64,000 nucleotides of DNA from positions 512,001-576,000 of the forward strand of contig CAWJQQ010000009.1 in assembly GCA_963845065.1 (NCBI GenBank), written 5' to 3'. Below are positions 62,682-64,000 of this stretch, piece after piece (positions within the stretch are counted from its first letter, which is position 1; each line of letters begins with the position of its first letter). Below the pieces are notes generated by a model. That model made no database searches. It was not told the origin of the DNA and saw only the letters and a program-made list of their open reading frames with translations. The stretch comes from Nitrospirota bacterium. GTDB taxonomy: Bacteria > Nitrospirota > UBA9217. The translations under genes and the position numbers were made by a program.

Positions 62682-63443
62682 ATGGACCAGCCGTGCAGAT
62701 GGATGGGCATATTTGCGGAACGATTCAGGCATCAGCTCCCACTCGATGTTGAACACTGTTCACCGATCGCGCTCCGTGCCATTATCCTCGACGTACAGAC
62801 GCCTGCGCATATACTTGACCGGATCGCCCAGACCTATAGCGACGACGAGGAGCTTTTGCGCGACCTCGTGCTCTGCCCCAACCTTGATGAAACCACGCTG
62901 GTGTTCATCGCACTGACAGCATCGGAAGAAATTAAAAATTACATTGCTCGAACTCGGGTTGTTGAAGTCGTGATGGGGGAACCTTCAGTCGATGGTATAA
63001 ACGAACCAAGACGTGAAGAGAAAAAACTCAACATACTGCAGGTCATTCAGAGAATGAGCCCCTCCCAGAAAATAAAACTGGCCTTAACGGGGACAAAGGA
63101 CGCGCGCGGTATACTTATCCGGGAATCGAGCAAAATCATTTCGTTGTCGGTGCTCGGGAACCCACGGATCACGATCGGGGAGATCGAGTTTTTTGCCAAG
63201 TCGCCGAACCTGAGCGAAGACGTTATTCGCAAAATCGGGACAAACACCGAATGGACGAGGAAAAATACCGTCGTCAGCTCGCTAGTGAGCAACCCCAAAA
63301 CGCCAGTTGGCGTTTCGCTGCCCTTTGTGAACAGATTATCTGAGCGGGAACTTGCCGTCTTGGAAAAGAGCCGCAGCATTCCTGAAGCGGTACGGACAGC
63401 GGCGAGGAATTTCCTCATCAAAAGAAAGATGGGTAAAAGTTAA
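62682..63443 (+). CDS. Conserved helical-repeat hypothetical protein (LRV-like)
   Basis: QKIKLAL-G-K-AR-ILIR, VLGNPRIT-EI, LVSNPKTP repeats. Confidence 0.75.
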   Translation: MDQPCRWMGIFAERFRHQLPLDVEHCSPIALRAIILDVQTPAHILDRIAQTYSDDEELLRDLVLCPNLDETTLVFIALTASEEIKNYIARTRVVEVVMGEPSVDGINEPRREEKKLNILQVIQRMSPSQKIKLALTGTKDARGILIRESSKIISLSVLGNPRITIGEIEFFAKSPNLSEDVIRKIGTNTEWTRKNTVVSSLVSNPKTPVGVSLPFVNRLSERELAVLEKSRSIPEAVRTAARNFLIKRKMGKS

Positions 63444-63519
63444 GTCCCTTTTTACTTTCCCCGCGTAGTTGGAGATCCTATTTTATCAAGACCACCATGT
63501 TAGGAGACAGCTAATCTTT

Positions 63520-64000
63520 ATGAAGCGAATATTGTTATTCGCTATTTTTGCGCTCGTGCTCACCAGCACGTGTGCGCGGCAAAAGACCGTGCAGAAAACC
63601 GAAGCGATTATGGGCACGGATGTTACCTTGACGGTCGTTGCACGGTCTGTTGCGGAGGGCGATGAGGCCATTGACGCGGGCATGGCTGAGTTGCGGCGGC
63701 TTGACGCGATGATGTCACTGTACAAGGACACCAGCGAAATCACAAAAGTGAACTTGGCGGCAGGGAAGCATCCTGTCAAAGTATCTCCAGAGATGATCGA
63801 AGTCGTGGAAGATGGTGCAGAGATCTCGAGGCTCTCGAACGGCATTTTTGATTTGACCATCGGCCCCCTTGTTGTCTTGTGGCAAATGCGGCTGAAAGAA
63901 GGCAAGATCCCGACGGATGCTGAGATTGCCAGGATCAAGCCCTTGGTAAACTACAAAAACGTAGTTGTTAACAAAGAAGCGTCTACGATCTTTCTCAAAA
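63520..64000 (+). CDS. apbE: FAD:protein FMN transferase ApbE (partial, runs off the window)
   Basis: Signal peptide, IMGT, MMSLYKDTSEITKVN, SNGIFDLTIGPLVVLW. Confidence 0.9.
   Translation, partial: MKRILLFAIFALVLTSTCARQKTVQKTEAIMGTDVTLTVVARSVAEGDEAIDAGMAELRRLDAMMSLYKDTSEITKVNLAAGKHPVKVSPEMIEVVEDGAEISRLSNGIFDLTIGPLVVLWQMRLKEGKIPTDAEIARIKPLVNYKNVVVNKEASTIFLK

Noticed and set aside
63486..63938. 150-aa minus-strand ORF
   Set aside because: Antisense to the partial apbE gene
1..64000. CRISPR array or Cas12-type locus suggested by RuvC/TnpB proteins
   Set aside because: No regularly spaced direct repeats near any tnpB and no cas genes; all carry IS-type ends instead

Overview
Bacterial chromosomal window of about 50% GC; gene content and protein style suggest a Nitrospirota- or Desulfobacterota-like organism (inference only). 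Housekeeping genes (glyQ-glyS-ppdK, ribD, selD, hpt, typA, nth, UbiA-like, FKBP, partial apbE) alternate with accessory blocks: a glucosylglycerate compatible-solute cluster, a PA2779 x2 / PA2778 (C39-like) / TPR lipoprotein operon, a lipid-remodelling pair (AMP-ligase-ACP-PlsC fusion plus patatin), and a TIGR04283/TIGR04282 glycosyltransferase region. Two genes contain an in-frame UGA followed 13-14 nt later by a 7-bp hairpin and are read here as selenoproteins: SelD (UxxK) and a DedA-rhodanese fusion (CxU) that the ORF track truncates. Intergenic DNA is full of mobile-element debris: an ORF-less group II intron, about a dozen IS200/IS605-derived pieces (two copies of one tnpB sharing an amber stop, an internally deleted tnpB, a decayed tnpB, a 143-bp MITE in two copies, orphan ends), an IS607 resolvase without tnpB and an IS110 stub. 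Several metabolic pseudogenes are present (pncB, cysM, DUF1499). No rRNA, tRNA or CRISPR array was seen. All family calls come from motif recognition by eye; no searches were run.
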